From an uncultured bacterium (GTDB taxonomy: Bacteria; Bacillota; Clostridia; Oscillospirales; CAG-272): 64,000 bases of DNA. Both the position numbers and the translations under genes were made by a program. Below, piece after piece: positions 62,243 to 64,000 of the stretch. The stretch covers positions 17,309 through 81,308 of the forward strand of contig CASDOQ010000048.1 of the NCBI GenBank assembly GCA_949282345.1. The letters are read 5' to 3'. Below the pieces are notes generated by a model. The model did no database searches and was not told where the DNA came from. It saw only the letters and a program-made list of their open reading frames with translations. Position 1 is the stretch's first letter. Each line of letters opens with the position of its first letter.

Positions 62243-63071
62243 TTTCGACCGCCATCTTCGGTTCCTCGATTCCTTCAAATTCCAAAGAAACATAGCCGTC
62301 GTATCCCGAAGTACCGATCGCGCGCAGAATCTGATAGGTCGGTACGTTTCCATGACCGAAAATCGTAGCACGGCGATATTCGCCGCCTCTCGAACGGCCG
62401 AACCCCCGGCCGGGGTCGTACATCATACCGTCCCGCAGGATCGAGTCCTTGGCATGGACGAAGCAGATATGGGGCAGGAGTTTTGAAACGGCAACAGCCG
62501 AATTTTCATCGGCTCCGCCGAAATTGCCGATGTCGCATAAGAGCTTATAATTCCGGTGATTGACCGCAAAGAAAAGCTCTTCCATCCGGTAACTGTCTTG
62601 TAGAATTCTTCCGTGGTTTTCGGAACAGATTGTGACCCCCTTTTCTTCGGCGTAGTCTGCCAGCCGCCGGATATGCGGCGCGACCGATTGAATGATCGCT
62701 TTATAGGAGGGGCAGGGCTCGGTCCCCAAAAAACTGTAAGTCACGTCGAAGCGCAGAAACCGGATCCCGCATTCCGAGGCCACATCCAGCAGGCCGCAAA
62801 GACGGTTGAAATCTTCTTCCGCTTTCGGACCGTACAGATTTGCCTGCATCGTGAGCATCGGCACGTCAAGACCGAGTTTGACGGCATAGGCGTGCAGATC
62901 GCGTATGTAGTCGGCCATGGTTTTTCCTTCGGGAACGGAGGCATCAAAAATCTGAAATTCTACTGCGTCGCACCCGAGCCGGCTGATCTCGTCCATGACT
63001 TCATAATGGTTCATTTTGTTTTCCTTGACAAGTTTCCAATAACTGTAAAGGCTGATACAGGTTTTCATCAT
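62196..63071 (-). CDS. sugar-phosphate isomerase/epimerase (xylose-isomerase-like TIM barrel)
   Basis: 291 aa with a family-typical layout. RBS AAGGAG. Confidence 0.7.
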   Translation of the reverse strand: MMKTCISLYSYWKLVKENKMNHYEVMDEISRLGCDAVEFQIFDASVPEGKTMADYIRDLHAYAVKLGLDVPMLTMQANLYGPKAEEDFNRLCGLLDVASECGIRFLRFDVTYSFLGTEPCPSYKAIIQSVAPHIRRLADYAEEKGVTICSENHGRILQDSYRMEELFFAVNHRNYKLLCDIGNFGGADENSAVAVSKLLPHICFVHAKDSILRDGMMYDPGRGFGRSRGGEYRRATIFGHGNVPTYQILRAIGTSGYDGYVSLEFEGIEEPKMAVEISMENLQRMLADIGK

Positions 63072-63104
63072 AAACTCCTTCGTATGTTTTCTGACCCGTC
63101 CGGC

Positions 63105-64000
63105 TTATTTTTCGATCCGGACGAGCGTACCTTTTCCGTCGGCGGATGCTTCCTGCGCCCGCATGACGGCGACTGCCATTTCGGATGCTTCGGGCGGGCA
63201 GAAATCGGGGTGAATATCTTTTTTGATGCAGTTGGCAAAGTATTCGATCTCACAGCGGAACTGCTGGTTGCTCGGGAAGGGATGAGACGTTTTGATCTCC
63301 GTCACGCTTCCGTCATACCCCACGGCTGTGACCTGCGGGCTGATGGCACGGTCAAGATAGATATATCCCTTTTCAAAATTGATCCGGAGAACGCGGGCCT
63401 GGTTTTTGTTCACCGGAACGCCCCAGTCGCAGTACGAAAAGACAATCAATCCGTTATCATAGGCAAGATTGGAATAGACGGTGCCGTATCCCGTGAAGTC
63501 CGGGCAACACTGCTTTGCCATGGTGCAGGTGCTGTCGGGAACGCCGAAGAACCAGTTGATAAGGTCAAGGTTGTGCGCCTGCAAATCCAGCATACAGGCA
63601 CCGGAACGCTTCTCGTCCGCGAACCAGTTTTCATACCCCCAGCGCGGCTGACCGCCGGTTGCGGTAAAGACGGCGGAAACCGGTTTCCCGAAACTTCCCG
63701 CATCAACGAATTCCTTGACGGCAAGCCGCTCGTTGTCAAAACGACAGCAATGCGCCACCATCAGCTTTTTGCCGGTTTCTTTCGCGCAGGCAAGCATGGC
63801 TTCGGCTTCCGTCACGGTCAGGGCCATCGGCTTTTCGCAAAGGACATGTAACCCGGCGCGCATACACTTGATTGCGTATTCCGCGTGCAGGAAAGTGGGG
63901 AGACAGATGACGACAAAATCCAGATCTTTTTCGGCCGCCAGCATTTCATCCAGATTGGTATAAAGCCGTTCTCCGGAGTTTTTCTCGAGCATTTCGGGGC
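63105..64000 (-). CDS. Gfo/Idh/MocA-family oxidoreductase (N-terminal Rossmann start lies outside the window)
   Basis: EKPMAL motif and a C-terminal alpha/beta domain. The frame is still open at the window edge. Confidence 0.75.
   Translation of the reverse strand, partial: PEMLEKNSGERLYTNLDEMLAAEKDLDFVVICLPTFLHAEYAIKCMRAGLHVLCEKPMALTVTEAEAMLACAKETGKKLMVAHCCRFDNERLAVKEFVDAGSFGKPVSAVFTATGGQPRWGYENWFADEKRSGACMLDLQAHNLDLINWFFGVPDSTCTMAKQCCPDFTGYGTVYSNLAYDNGLIVFSYCDWGVPVNKNQARVLRINFEKGYIYLDRAISPQVTAVGYDGSVTEIKTSHPFPSNQQFRCEIEYFANCIKKDIHPDFCPPEASEMAVAVMRAQEASADGKGTLVRIEK

Noticed and set aside
1-64000. Prophage, IS element, integron or genomic-island boundaries.
   Set aside because: I recognised no integrase, transposase, recombinase, phage structural gene or tRNA attachment site, and no long terminal inverted or direct repeats. 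The only compositional dips are short intergenic AT-rich regions.

Overview
This is a GC-rich, densely coding chromosomal segment of about 64 protein genes, with no rRNA, tRNA, CRISPR array, transposase or integrase that I could recognise. Gene content and order look like a Clostridia-type Firmicute. All functional calls come from motifs read by eye in the supplied translations; no database search was run.

Gene content, left to right:
- 1-3.1 kb: a carbohydrate-use edge with a GH36 alpha-galactosidase tail, an alpha/beta hydrolase and a large ABC solute-binding lipoprotein.
- 3.4-16.7 kb: housekeeping genes (DUF1385-prmC, ddl, murI, rbfA, nrnA, archaeal-type aspS, nudF, coaD, rsmD, uvrC).
- 16.8-26.6 kb: ptsH and an envelope block (two small membrane-anchored proteins, a Wzy/O-antigen-ligase-like protein, trmD/rimM, a GT4 glycosyltransferase, tadA, a CPBP protease).
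- 26.9-36.3 kb: a DinG/XPD-like helicase, dut, a CpsB-type tyrosine phosphatase, a Na/Pi cotransporter with a KdpE-like orphan response regulator, oadB/oadG and pyridoxal kinase.
- 36.4-40.5 kb: a three-gene HydABC-type [FeFe] hydrogenase.
- 40.8-55.3 kb: a conserved Firmicute block (nrdR, yicC, remA, rpoZ, priA, def, fmt, rsmB, rlmN, PP2C phosphatase, Ser/Thr kinase, rsgA).
- 55.5-64 kb: hpf, a PLD/cardiolipin-synthase-like protein, a flavin reductase, an ABC exporter and two sugar-metabolism genes.

Most interesting locus: 56.2-58.1 kb on the minus strand. A small Thr/Pro-rich lipoprotein gene has a near-consensus promoter and is followed by a hairpin terminator. Three translationally coupled genes follow: an HPr-kinase-like P-loop protein, a PqqD-type peptide-binding (RRE) protein, and a SipW/ER-type S26 peptidase with no membrane anchor. 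No known RiPP core enzyme is nearby.

Other points worth a second look:
- An in-frame TAG splits rsmD.
- An ABC exporter needs a -1 frame change at ATG-AAA-AAG to recover its canonical C-terminus.
- An orphan promoter-to-terminator unit at about 30.9-31.1 kb may be an sRNA.
- Short perfect tandem repeats sit next to promoters, and two genes carry tandem duplications at the 3' end that include the stop codon.
- The remA-rpoZ-priA block lacks gmk and coaBC.
- The PrkC-like kinase has no PASTA domains.

The many long ORFs antisense to these genes are treated as high-GC artefacts.
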